Assembly (NCBI GenBank): GCA_947448495.1
Contig: CANFNX010000001.1
Location: forward strand, 1 to 52,384
Reading direction: 5' to 3'
Source: Bacteriovoracaceae bacterium
GTDB lineage: Bacteria > Bdellovibrionota > Bacteriovoracia > Bacteriovoracales > Bacteriovoracaceae
DNA: 52,384 bases
The notes below the pieces were generated by a model that did not search any database, had not been told where the DNA came from, and worked only from the letters and a program-made list of their open reading frames with translations. Positions 38,362 through 47,714 of the stretch are shown piece after piece; position 1 is the first letter of the stretch; the number at the start of each line of letters is the position of its first letter. A program made the translations under genes and the position numbers.

Positions 38362-39186
38362 ATGAAAATTCATCATCTTAACTGTGGATCATTTTGTCCA
38401 CTGTCGCACCCCTTACTTAATCGGGCCGTTCCAGAATTGGATCGCTTCAATTTAGTTTGTCACTGCCTGCTCATTGAAAGCGATCAGGGACTTATTCTTG
38501 TGGATACAGGATTAGGCCTGCAGGATGTGAGAGCTCATTCACGAATGGCGATAAATTTTTCATTTAATCGAATCGCCAAACCCAAATTGGATTTAGAGGA
38601 AACGGCCTTCATTCAAATCTCAAAGCTAGGCTTCAATCCCCTCGATGTAAAGCATATCATAGTGACTCACTTTGATGCTGACCACATTGGTGGATTAGCG
38701 GATTTTCCTTTGGCCAAAGTCCATGTTCTCAAAGATGAGTGGCTAGCGGCCCAAACCCCAAAGAGTGCCAGAGAGAAGGCCCGTTATCGGCAAATCAGAT
38801 GTGACCAAAATAAAGACGTAAAAGTTTACGAGACGCGTGGAGATTTGTGGCATGGTTTTAAACGTGTACAAAACTTAGAAGGGATTGACCCATCCATTTA
38901 TCTCGTTTCTCTTCCTGGACATACTCGGGGCCATGCAGGGGTCTATATTGAACAAGAGAATCCACTCTTCTTTGCAGGTGATGCTTTCATGCTTCAGACA
39001 CAACTCAAAAACGGCAAATCGCCCCTGGCCCTTGAGCTCTATAACCGGCTCGCCCATGAAGACCTTCAACTTGCAAAAGAAACTTTATTAAAGCTTCAAG
39101 ACATAGATCAACAAGAGCCTCAGATCAGCGTTTTCTGCTCACATGACAGAGGACAATTTCTCAACCTTGCTAAGGGGAAGCGATGA
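38362..39186 (+). CDS. Metallo-beta-lactamase-fold hydrolase
   Basis: LVDTG, THFDADHIGG, PGHTRGH, AGDA, CSHD. Confidence 0.93.
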   Translation: MKIHHLNCGSFCPLSHPLLNRAVPELDRFNLVCHCLLIESDQGLILVDTGLGLQDVRAHSRMAINFSFNRIAKPKLDLEETAFIQISKLGFNPLDVKHIIVTHFDADHIGGLADFPLAKVHVLKDEWLAAQTPKSAREKARYRQIRCDQNKDVKVYETRGDLWHGFKRVQNLEGIDPSIYLVSLPGHTRGHAGVYIEQENPLFFAGDAFMLQTQLKNGKSPLALELYNRLAHEDLQLAKETLLKLQDIDQQEPQISVFCSHDRGQFLNLAKGKR

Positions 39187-40565
39187 AACTGGCGCCAGGT
39201 CCAAGCTCCGTTTGGGAAAAAATTAAAATGCTCCTGAGTCGCAGACGTGATCCAATTCAATTTTATGAGGAGACCTTTAATCGATATGGAGACACAGTCT
39301 ATCTCAAATTCGGCAAGCTCGATTTTCTTATGGTTAGAAATCCCGAAGGTATTGAAGAAGTTCTACAAATTGATGCGAAAAATTATATCAAATCAGTCTC
39401 ATATGAAAGATTTCGTCTCGTTTTTGGTAATGGTTTACTTATCAGCAACGGAGAAACCTGGCGCAAGCAGCGTCTTTTAATGGCCAGTGCGTTTACCAGT
39501 AAAAGCATCGAGCGCTTGCACCCTCTTATTATTGAAGAATGCCAAGAGATGATGAAAAACTGGAAAGATGATGGGAAGTTCGATCTAGCCGAAGAAATGA
39601 ATCTTATCACACTACAAATTATCAGTAAATCTATGCTGGACCAACTGACGGATGAAGAAACAAAAACGATTCGTCAATCCGTGCAAGAGATTCTGCGCTA
39701 TCTACAAACATCTTATCACCATATCCTGATGATGATTCTGTCGATTGTGCCCGTAAAAGACAAAATCGCAGCGGCGATCAAAGTTGAATCTTATCTTCCC
39801 TTTCCAAAAGTTAAAAGCTTCTTTCGCGCCATTAAGAATATCGATGATCTTGTCCATTCAATAATTGAAAAAAGAAGGAAACTAAATCGCAATGATAATC
39901 TCCTGGATCAACTCATCAGGGCCACAGATGATCAGGGCCAAGGGAAAATGAGTAATCAACAGTTGCGTGATGAAGTGGTGAATATTCTGCTCGCTGGTCA
40001 TGAGACAACTTCTAATGCTCTGGCGTGGACTTTTCATCAAATTTTAAAATACCCAGAAGTTTATCAAAAGATGAAAGAAGAGATCAATCAAGTGGTCCAA
40101 GGAGAATCTCCTGCTTATGAAGATCTCTCTAAGCTCGTTTATACTCAGGCCGTTTTTAAAGAGTCCATGCGGCTCTATCCGCCCTTTTGGCGGGTCTCAA
40201 GACGCTCGCTTAAAGATACCAAAGTGAATGGTTATGATGTCCCAGCTGGAACCAATGTCATCACCGCCATCTATACTATTCAACGAGATGAAAGATACTG
40301 GGAGCATCCACTTGAATTTCGGCCTGAGCGTTTTCTCATCACTGACCCCAATCAACATCGATTTACCTATCTTCCCTTTGGGGGCGGCCCACGAATTTGT
40401 ATCGGTATTAGTCTTGCAATGACAGAAGCGATTACGATCCTGGCCAGTGTTTTAAAAAATTATGATATCGAAAAAGACTTTGACCAAGATCCAACACTTC
40501 TTTTGAGTATTACCATGCAACCCAAGGAGGGATGTAAGGTGAAACTTAAAAAGGTACAAAAGTGA
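39183..40565 (+). CDS. Cytochrome P450
   Basis: AGHETT, ESMR (ExxR), PERF, PFGGGPRICIG heme ligand. Confidence 0.97.
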   Translation: MKLAPGPSSVWEKIKMLLSRRRDPIQFYEETFNRYGDTVYLKFGKLDFLMVRNPEGIEEVLQIDAKNYIKSVSYERFRLVFGNGLLISNGETWRKQRLLMASAFTSKSIERLHPLIIEECQEMMKNWKDDGKFDLAEEMNLITLQIISKSMLDQLTDEETKTIRQSVQEILRYLQTSYHHILMMILSIVPVKDKIAAAIKVESYLPFPKVKSFFRAIKNIDDLVHSIIEKRRKLNRNDNLLDQLIRATDDQGQGKMSNQQLRDEVVNILLAGHETTSNALAWTFHQILKYPEVYQKMKEEINQVVQGESPAYEDLSKLVYTQAVFKESMRLYPPFWRVSRRSLKDTKVNGYDVPAGTNVITAIYTIQRDERYWEHPLEFRPERFLITDPNQHRFTYLPFGGGPRICIGISLAMTEAITILASVLKNYDIEKDFDQDPTLLLSITMQPKEGCKVKLKKVQK

Positions 40566-42844
40566 ACGCTATAAGTTTATTTCATGAAAAAGCTCAAAAG
40601 CATCCTGACAAGATGGCCATTACAGACATCAAAAATGGTGAACGTACTTTTAACGATCTCCTTGAATTAAGTTCAAAAGTTCAGTTTCTCTTAACACAAA
40701 AAAATATTGTCCAAGGCGACTCCGTCCTGCTGGCCCTTCTTCCCTCGCCCGAAATGTATGGTCTTATTTGTGGCCTCCTGGGCTCGGGTGTGAGAATTGT
40801 TTTTATCGAGCCATGGCTAAAACTTGATCGCATCAATGAGGTCATTAAAAGTATCCGCCCTAAGGCCTTTATCTCCGAAGGTCTTGGTAAGATCTGGGGC
40901 CTTCGCTCAAAAGAAATTAGAGATATTCCTCATTGGATTGGACCTAAAATACTTAAAACGATCACCACACAACATCCATTTAAGATAACTGAGGTCAATT
41001 CAGATCATCATGCTTTTGTTGTATTCTCCAGCGGCACGACTGGGGCCCCAAAGGGCGTGATTCGAACCCATGGCTATCTGACAAGTATCTTTGAGTTATT
41101 CGTACGCCATGAGCCTGAAGATTTTGAAACTCCAGATCTAGCAGTTTTTCCCAATGTCGCACTTTTTCATCTTTCAACAGGTAGAGGATCTATTATTGTT
41201 CCTCACAACTGGAATCGAAAGAATATGCATAAACTCATGGCCTATTGTGAAAAATACAAACCAGAGACCATGACATCAGGACCGGCCTTTCTAAAAAAGT
41301 TACTGGATGAGAAACTCACTGCAAAGTTGTCAAACTTTAAAAGAATCGTGATTGGTGGGGCCCTCACTGATTGCTGGCTCATGGAAAAAACGATCCAAGA
41401 ATTTTCCGGCGCCAGAGTCCTTCACATTTATGGTGGCAGCGAAGCTGAACCCATTGCCACTGCGAGTGCCAAGGAAGCTCTGAAAAGAAGCCAGGCCAAA
41501 GGATATTTCCAGGTTTTAGGGCTAGGCAAACCTATACCTGAAATTAAGTATCGATTCAAAGAAGATATTCTTTGGGTCGCAGGCCCCAATGTCGCCGGAG
41601 AATATGTGGGGGATGCGAGTCTTAATAGAGGCATCAAAGAAAGAGATGAAGCTGGAATTCTCTGGCACTGTATGGGCGACAGGGTCATAGAAGAGGACGG
41701 ATTTTTTTGGATCCAGGGCAGACAAAACCAACTCAAAGAAGATTTTGTTTTAGAGCAAAAGATTTATTCATTCTTAAAATCCTCGAAGGCCTTTATTTAT
41801 CGAGATGCCAATCAGAATGTAATCCTTTGTGGAGAGAATCTCAAAAGTAAGCAAAAAGAGATTCTCGAAAAATTTCCGGAGATTGATTTCATCATAGAAT
41901 CTAAAATTAAACGTGATCGACGTCATCGATCGCGAATTGATCGATTAAAAAGTTTACCATCAAACTATAGGACCCAACAAATGAACTGGTTTTCAAAATG
42001 GAATATCTACTTGCAGGAGCGCTCACCTCTTGCCGCTTTACTCGTTTTAGCGGGTCTTGGGTCTGTTTCCTCACTGGCCTTTAAGCAAAGCTTCGATGTT
42101 GTTCTCTTCTTAATGGGAATGATTTTTAATACCTTCATTTTCATTCAGCTTCGGTTAGGCGATGAGGTGAAAGATTTCGAAAAAGATAAGATCGTAAATC
42201 CAACAAGACCTTTGCCCAGAGGACTTCTAAGGCCATCTGAGGTTTTGCAGGCCATGCATCTCGTTATTGGGACCATTATTTTAGGGAGCATAGCACTTGC
42301 AATTTTTTATAATATCTGGGGCGCCATTCTTCTCACACTCTCCACAGTCTTTGGATTGCTCATGTATCATGAATTTTTCATGAGTAAGGAACTGAATAAA
42401 AGCCCATTGATTTATGCACTCACTCATCAGGTCATTGTTTTCTTTATTTATTCATGGATGGCCGTGGCCCAAGATCCTAGTGTGTTAGAAAATCGCGCCT
42501 ACTTGGGATGGCTCCTGGCCAATTTTGGATCTTCTTTTAGCTTTGAAATCTGCAGGAAACTTAATCCCAACGCACACCCCATGGCCCAAACCTATGCTCA
42601 ACACTATGGGAAAGAAAAAACCGTTTTGATTGCGAGTGTGTTTCTTTTTATTATGGGTATTGGTTCCTTTATCGCTGGTTTTGGTGTCTGGGTAATCTTT
42701 CCTGTGGTCACCGTATTTCTTATGCTTCTCAAATGGACTAAAGATTCATCCAATTTTAAGAAGATCGAAGGCCTCACGGCCCTCAGTGGGCTCATCGTCG
42801 CCCTAGCACCCGCTCTCATCTGGCTATTAAGATCATGGAGATAA
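40562..42844 (+). CDS. OleC-like AMP-forming enzyme fused to a UbiA-like membrane prenyltransferase domain
   Basis: FSSGTTGAPKG, YGGSEAEP, WHCMGD; after residue 474 multiple TMs with DEVKDFEKD...PTRPLPRG. Confidence 0.85.
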   Translation: MNAISLFHEKAQKHPDKMAITDIKNGERTFNDLLELSSKVQFLLTQKNIVQGDSVLLALLPSPEMYGLICGLLGSGVRIVFIEPWLKLDRINEVIKSIRPKAFISEGLGKIWGLRSKEIRDIPHWIGPKILKTITTQHPFKITEVNSDHHAFVVFSSGTTGAPKGVIRTHGYLTSIFELFVRHEPEDFETPDLAVFPNVALFHLSTGRGSIIVPHNWNRKNMHKLMAYCEKYKPETMTSGPAFLKKLLDEKLTAKLSNFKRIVIGGALTDCWLMEKTIQEFSGARVLHIYGGSEAEPIATASAKEALKRSQAKGYFQVLGLGKPIPEIKYRFKEDILWVAGPNVAGEYVGDASLNRGIKERDEAGILWHCMGDRVIEEDGFFWIQGRQNQLKEDFVLEQKIYSFLKSSKAFIYRDANQNVILCGENLKSKQKEILEKFPEIDFIIESKIKRDRRHRSRIDRLKSLPSNYRTQQMNWFSKWNIYLQERSPLAALLVLAGLGSVSSLAFKQSFDVVLFLMGMIFNTFIFIQLRLGDEVKDFEKDKIVNPTRPLPRGLLRPSEVLQAMHLVIGTIILGSIALAIFYNIWGAILLTLSTVFGLLMYHEFFMSKELNKSPLIYALTHQVIVFFIYSWMAVAQDPSVLENRAYLGWLLANFGSSFSFEICRKLNPNAHPMAQTYAQHYGKEKTVLIASVFLFIMGIGSFIAGFGVWVIFPVVTVFLMLLKWTKDSSNFKKIEGLTALSGLIVALAPALIWLLRSWR

Positions 42845-42845
42845 T

Positions 42846-45569
42846 ATGAGTAAGTATATTTTAACTAAAGAGAGCTCAATTGAAGACCTCAAAAGTTGGG
42901 GTGGAGGAAAGGCAACCAATCTCGCCAGACTTGCCAAGACGGGTGTCTCAGTCCCTCCCTGGATCTGTCTCTCAAGCCAAGCCTTTTCACAATTTATAAC
43001 CCAGTTCAAAGGTAAGCAACTTTGGGAATTACCCCACGCGGAAGTGGAAAAACTTTTTCTTTCCGCCTCTATTGATGAGTCCTTTGAGGAGGAGATCAAG
43101 TCTCTGCTTAAAGATAAATACCCACAGGGCTCAACCTTTGCCGTTAGATCTTCTGGTATTGGAGAGGACTCGGAGGACAACTCATTTGCTGGTCAGTTTT
43201 CTAGTTATCTCAATCAGCAGACAATTGAACAGGTCCTGAAAAGTATTAAACTTTGCTGGGCATCCTCATTTACTGAAAGAGCAAAAACCTATCGCCATGA
43301 AAGAGGGATAAAGACTGAAGCGTTTGCCATGGGAGTCGTGATTCAAAAAATGATCTTTGCCGACATTGCAGGGGTTGGCTTTAGTCGAGACCCCATTCAT
43401 CCCACGAAACGTGAACAACTCATCATCAGCTCTGTTTACGGAATTGGAGAAGGTTTAGTCAGTGGGGAGCTTGATGCTGATCATTTCTATGCTCATAGAC
43501 CCTCGTCTCAAAACGAAGATTTTAAGATTGACCCCCATTTGGTGAAAAAAGAGTTTATGTTTATCAAAAGCCCTCTTGGGGGGATTGAAAAAATCCATGT
43601 TCCACTTGAGAAGCAAGAGATTTCAAGTCTCTCATCAGAACAAATTCAAACTATTGCCTCGGCGCTGGTGAAACTTGAGGAAGCTCTTGGGTCCCCCCAG
43701 GATATCGAATGGGTCTTTGAAGGAAATCAATTTTATCTTGTTCAGACCAGACCCATTACAAATCTTCCCCCAGAGACGTTTTTTAATAAAAAAATTCTTG
43801 GGGAGGATTTTATCCTCTGGGATAATTCTAATATCACTGAATCCTACAATGGGGTGACAACACCCCTGACTTTTTCGCACGTCTCTCGTTCCTATCGGCA
43901 AGTTTATCTTCAATACTGTGAAGTCATGGGGGTACCGGCGGATGTGATCAAAGAAAATGAGCCCACATTTAGAAATATGCTCGGACTAATTAGAGGTCGC
44001 GTTTACTATAATCTTGGGAACTGGTATAAAATGATTTTCCTTTTTCCTTTCGCAGGCACATCCAAGGGTTTTATGGAAACCATGATGGGAGTGAAGCAAA
44101 ATCTGCGGCCGGAACTTGCGGCCCTTTTTGACTTTACTAAAAATCCTCCCCGCTACTCTTTTATTCGTAATCTCTATATTTTCTTTCGTAATTTTCTTCG
44201 CCTCATGAAAGTCAGAGCGTTTATCAATCAATTTAAAGAAGATTTTTTTAGAGTTTATAATAAGTCCAAAGCTGAGGACTACTCACAAAAAAGCATCAAG
44301 GATTTACTCGCGGCCTATGAACAATTGAATCAAGATCTCCTGTTTAAATGGAAGGCTCCCATCATCAGCGACACTCGTTGTATGATTTTCTTTGGTCTGC
44401 TTAAATCTCTGACAGAAAAATGGATTAAAAAGGATAATTCCCCCTCTCTCTATAATGATCTCTTAAGTGGTCAAGGAGACCTTCCAAGCACAGAGCCGAC
44501 AAGATGGCTTATGCGTATTGCGAAGAAAATTGATCAGAGAGATGCCGTTTTCAGAGAATGGTTTATTAAAACTCCCTCAGCGGAAATCCTAAAAGCCTTT
44601 AAATCTGGTAAGGGTTCAGAGATTTATAGCGACTTTCAAAAATTTATCGATACCTATGGGTTTCGATGCATCAACGAGCTGAAACTTGAGTCCATTGACC
44701 TGCATGAGGACCCTACCTTTGCCTTAGAAGCGATTATCAGTTTTGTACGGATGAAAAACACTTCCGTTGATGAAATTATAGAAAGAGAAAAGCAAACGGT
44801 AAAAAAAGCAGAAAAAATCATAGAAGACAACTTAGGAGGAGTGAAAATGATCCTCTTTCAATTTGTGCTCAAACAGGCCCGAATTTCGGTTAAGGATCGT
44901 GAAGACTTACGACTTCTTCGAACGAATATTTTTGGGATCATCCGAAGAATCTTTAAGGCGCTTGGGCATCGCTTGTATGAACTTAAATTGATTGAACAAC
45001 CTATGGATGTTTTTTATCTGACGATTGATGAACTCATCGCTTTTCAAGAAGGACGCTCACTTGAAGTGAATTTCAAAGAACTTTCGGCGCTTAGAAAAAA
45101 ACAATTTGCAGAGTTCCGCAAAACACCCCAACCTCCTGATCGCTTCTATACTCAAGGCAGCGTCGGGGCGAATCTCAATTTCGTGCAAATTATTGCAGAT
45201 CAAGACCTCCTGGCCGATGAGGCACCTAAATCTGATGATCCAAAAATTCTAATTGGAACACCTTGTTCACCTGGTGTGGTTGAAGGAATTGTTCGCGTTG
45301 TAAGAGAATCCGAAGATGCTGAAGGTCTCAATGGAGAGATCATGGTTTCTGAGCGCACTGATCCAGGATGGGTTCCGCTTTTCCCGTCTACTTCTGGGTT
45401 GCTGATTGAAAGAGGCTCACTGCTTTCCCATTCAGCTGTCGTGGCCCGGGAACTTGGAATCCCTACCATCGTAGGTATTCATGGGGGACTGATGAAAAAA
45501 TTAAAGACAGGGATGCGTGTGCGCATGGATGCATCCAAGGGCGAAATCAAAATACTGGATGACGAATGA
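42846..45569 (+). CDS. PEP-synthase/rifampin-phosphotransferase/PigC-like phosphotransferase
   Basis: GGKATNL, AVRSS, EDSEDNSFAGQF, DIEW, QTRPIT; C-terminal TDPGW and LLSHSAVVARELGIP phospho-His domain. Confidence 0.92.
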   Translation: MSKYILTKESSIEDLKSWGGGKATNLARLAKTGVSVPPWICLSSQAFSQFITQFKGKQLWELPHAEVEKLFLSASIDESFEEEIKSLLKDKYPQGSTFAVRSSGIGEDSEDNSFAGQFSSYLNQQTIEQVLKSIKLCWASSFTERAKTYRHERGIKTEAFAMGVVIQKMIFADIAGVGFSRDPIHPTKREQLIISSVYGIGEGLVSGELDADHFYAHRPSSQNEDFKIDPHLVKKEFMFIKSPLGGIEKIHVPLEKQEISSLSSEQIQTIASALVKLEEALGSPQDIEWVFEGNQFYLVQTRPITNLPPETFFNKKILGEDFILWDNSNITESYNGVTTPLTFSHVSRSYRQVYLQYCEVMGVPADVIKENEPTFRNMLGLIRGRVYYNLGNWYKMIFLFPFAGTSKGFMETMMGVKQNLRPELAALFDFTKNPPRYSFIRNLYIFFRNFLRLMKVRAFINQFKEDFFRVYNKSKAEDYSQKSIKDLLAAYEQLNQDLLFKWKAPIISDTRCMIFFGLLKSLTEKWIKKDNSPSLYNDLLSGQGDLPSTEPTRWLMRIAKKIDQRDAVFREWFIKTPSAEILKAFKSGKGSEIYSDFQKFIDTYGFRCINELKLESIDLHEDPTFALEAIISFVRMKNTSVDEIIEREKQTVKKAEKIIEDNLGGVKMILFQFVLKQARISVKDREDLRLLRTNIFGIIRRIFKALGHRLYELKLIEQPMDVFYLTIDELIAFQEGRSLEVNFKELSALRKKQFAEFRKTPQPPDRFYTQGSVGANLNFVQIIADQDLLADEAPKSDDPKILIGTPCSPGVVEGIVRVVRESEDAEGLNGEIMVSERTDPGWVPLFPSTSGLLIERGSLLSHSAVVARELGIPTIVGIHGGLMKKLKTGMRVRMDASKGEIKILDDE

Positions 45570-46630
45570 GCCAGTTTACACTTATTAAAATGACTTCCGT
45601 AAGAGATGATTTATTCATCAAAGAGTTTATGGATTTCACTCAAAAAGTTCGCCATCCACCTTACGATGTAGGATTGCCCGGCCGGGAGCAAACTCAAAAA
45701 ATGATCATGTGGGGCCACCATCATGGTTCACAGTTTTGGATGATCAAAGATGAAAGCGATCAGGTTGTTTTGCGCATGAGTTTGAGAATCCATCCCCCAG
45801 ACAAATCCAAAGGGACAATTGGTTTTTTTGAAATTCAATTAGATCATCCTCAGTACCAAGAAGCCTTTCTCTTTATGATGAGAGAGGCCGAACGATGGTT
45901 TAAAGAGCAGAATGTTAAAGAAATTATTGCCCCAATTGATCTCAACACATGGTTCAATTACCGATTCTGTATCCCGAGTCGCAAATTTTTTCCTCGCTTT
46001 AAGTGGGAGCCGACTCAACCACCGGAGTATCTTGACCTCTTTAAAAATTTTCAATACCAACAATACTCGCACTTCAACTCTGTATTTTTTCCTCATATTC
46101 GTATTGGAACATTCGCACCAGGAACAGGACATTTAAAGCGCTCCTACAACCGACTTATAAAAATGGGCTATACTCTTAGACCCTTTGATAACGAAAATTT
46201 TAAAACAAAAGAGCTTCCCATTTTTTATGAAATCTCACATGAAGCTTTTGCCGATTCTCTGATGTTCGATCCAATCGACTTTGAAACATTTGCAGAGCTC
46301 TATGCCAGCGGCAAAACCGTCTATGATTTTTCTCCTTCTCGCGTTCTGGTGAGTCCCGAGGGTGAGATTTGTGGATTCCTCTTTGCCTTTTTTGATGGAG
46401 AGACTTATGTCATAAAATCACTGGCGCTTAAAAAGAAATTCCAAGGACTCAAACTTTCTTCCGGTATGGTTTATCCCGGAATCCTCATGGCCTTTGAGCA
46501 AAAGAAAAAGGCCACTGTCTCCGCCTTAGTTCGAACTGGAATTACCTCAGATAAAATGAATGGTAGTAGTCGAAAATGGACATGGTTTGCATGGACTCAT
46601 GATTATCTTCTTTTAAAAAAGGATCTCTAA
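45566..46630 (+). CDS. GNAT-fold acyltransferase-like protein
   Basis: IGFFE, IIAPIDLNTWFNYRF, VIKSLALKKKFQGLKLS (variant acetyl-CoA-binding motif). Confidence 0.7.
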   Translation: MSQFTLIKMTSVRDDLFIKEFMDFTQKVRHPPYDVGLPGREQTQKMIMWGHHHGSQFWMIKDESDQVVLRMSLRIHPPDKSKGTIGFFEIQLDHPQYQEAFLFMMREAERWFKEQNVKEIIAPIDLNTWFNYRFCIPSRKFFPRFKWEPTQPPEYLDLFKNFQYQQYSHFNSVFFPHIRIGTFAPGTGHLKRSYNRLIKMGYTLRPFDNENFKTKELPIFYEISHEAFADSLMFDPIDFETFAELYASGKTVYDFSPSRVLVSPEGEICGFLFAFFDGETYVIKSLALKKKFQGLKLSSGMVYPGILMAFEQKKKATVSALVRTGITSDKMNGSSRKWTWFAWTHDYLLLKKDL

Positions 46631-46631
46631 C

Positions 46632-47714
46632 GTGGCAGAAGTATATTTTCAGGGTCTTAATTATAGTTTGGCCAATGAAGATACGTGGGTAGAATATAAA
46701 CTGGCCCCAGAAAATGCGAAGTCTTATTTTGCCGTCTGTGGCTCAGGCTCGCGTGTCATTCCCTTGTTGGCAAAAAACCCACAAGAACTTCACATAGTTG
46801 ATCTTTCAGAAGCCCAGTTAAAACTTTTCCGACTCCGTCTCGAGGCCATAAAAAAGCTAACCTACGAAGAATACCTTTATTTTCTTGGCTATGATAACCA
46901 CTCCTCGAAAGAAAGTCGCGCTGATCTCTTTTCGCGCTTAACGCTTTCTGAAGATGATCAGCAATATTGGAAGCATTTTGAAAAAGACTGGCTGCCTTCA
47001 GGTTTGATTTATCTCGGGCGATGGGAGCGACACTTTATGATGTTGGGAAGACTTTTTCAAAGGCTCACTTTTTCAAATCTCCTCCCACTCTTTGCCACCC
47101 ATTCTTTTCAAGAGCAGCAGGCGATCCGTGAGAAGTACTGGAAGGAAAAACTCTTTATCCTCTACACACGAATTGTGATGAATGAGTGGGTGGCCAACAA
47201 GCTACTCTACAAAGGACACTTTGCAGGTGCCACCGATAAAAAGACTATGAAAATGTCTGCTGCAGATTATGTCTCCAGCGAATTCAATGATCTTTTTAAA
47301 AATACCTGGGTCAAATCAAATTACTTCCTTCAGCTTATTTTCCTGAACAAAGTGACTTTCAAGGAAGCCTTTCCAGCTGAATGTGATGAAGCGCTTTTTG
47401 ACAAAATCAAACATGGAACGACGAAGATTTTTTTCCATCAGAAGAATTTACTAGAACTTCTTAAAGAACGTCCCCATGATTTTTATTCTCTTTCGGATAC
47501 TTTTTCATATATGAGTGACTCGGAAGTCGCGAATTTTCTCTCCTCCCTGCCAGAGGAAATTCCCCACAAAACACTCATGGTGATCCGCACCTTTATGCGT
47601 AAACCGAGCTTTCAGGTGGTCTCACCGTGGAGCGAACAAATCGAAAGAAATAAGCAGTTGGCCAAAGAGGATTGCACGCGGATGTATGAATTTAGTGTTT
47701 TAGAAAAAACTTAA
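46632..47714 (+). CDS. DUF3419/BtaA-like SAM-dependent (3-amino-3-carboxypropyl) transferase
   Basis: LNYSLANED, VCGSG, VDLS, GRWE, SLSDTFSY, EDCTRMY; GTG start. Confidence 0.8.
   Translation: MAEVYFQGLNYSLANEDTWVEYKLAPENAKSYFAVCGSGSRVIPLLAKNPQELHIVDLSEAQLKLFRLRLEAIKKLTYEEYLYFLGYDNHSSKESRADLFSRLTLSEDDQQYWKHFEKDWLPSGLIYLGRWERHFMMLGRLFQRLTFSNLLPLFATHSFQEQQAIREKYWKEKLFILYTRIVMNEWVANKLLYKGHFAGATDKKTMKMSAADYVSSEFNDLFKNTWVKSNYFLQLIFLNKVTFKEAFPAECDEALFDKIKHGTTKIFFHQKNLLELLKERPHDFYSLSDTFSYMSDSEVANFLSSLPEEIPHKTLMVIRTFMRKPSFQVVSPWSEQIERNKQLAKEDCTRMYEFSVLEKT

Noticed and set aside
42846-45569. Phosphonate (phosphonosphingolipid) biosynthesis or rifampin resistance
   Set aside because: Not a PEP mutase, and no serine palmitoyltransferase in the window; the context is biosynthetic, so neither can be asserted
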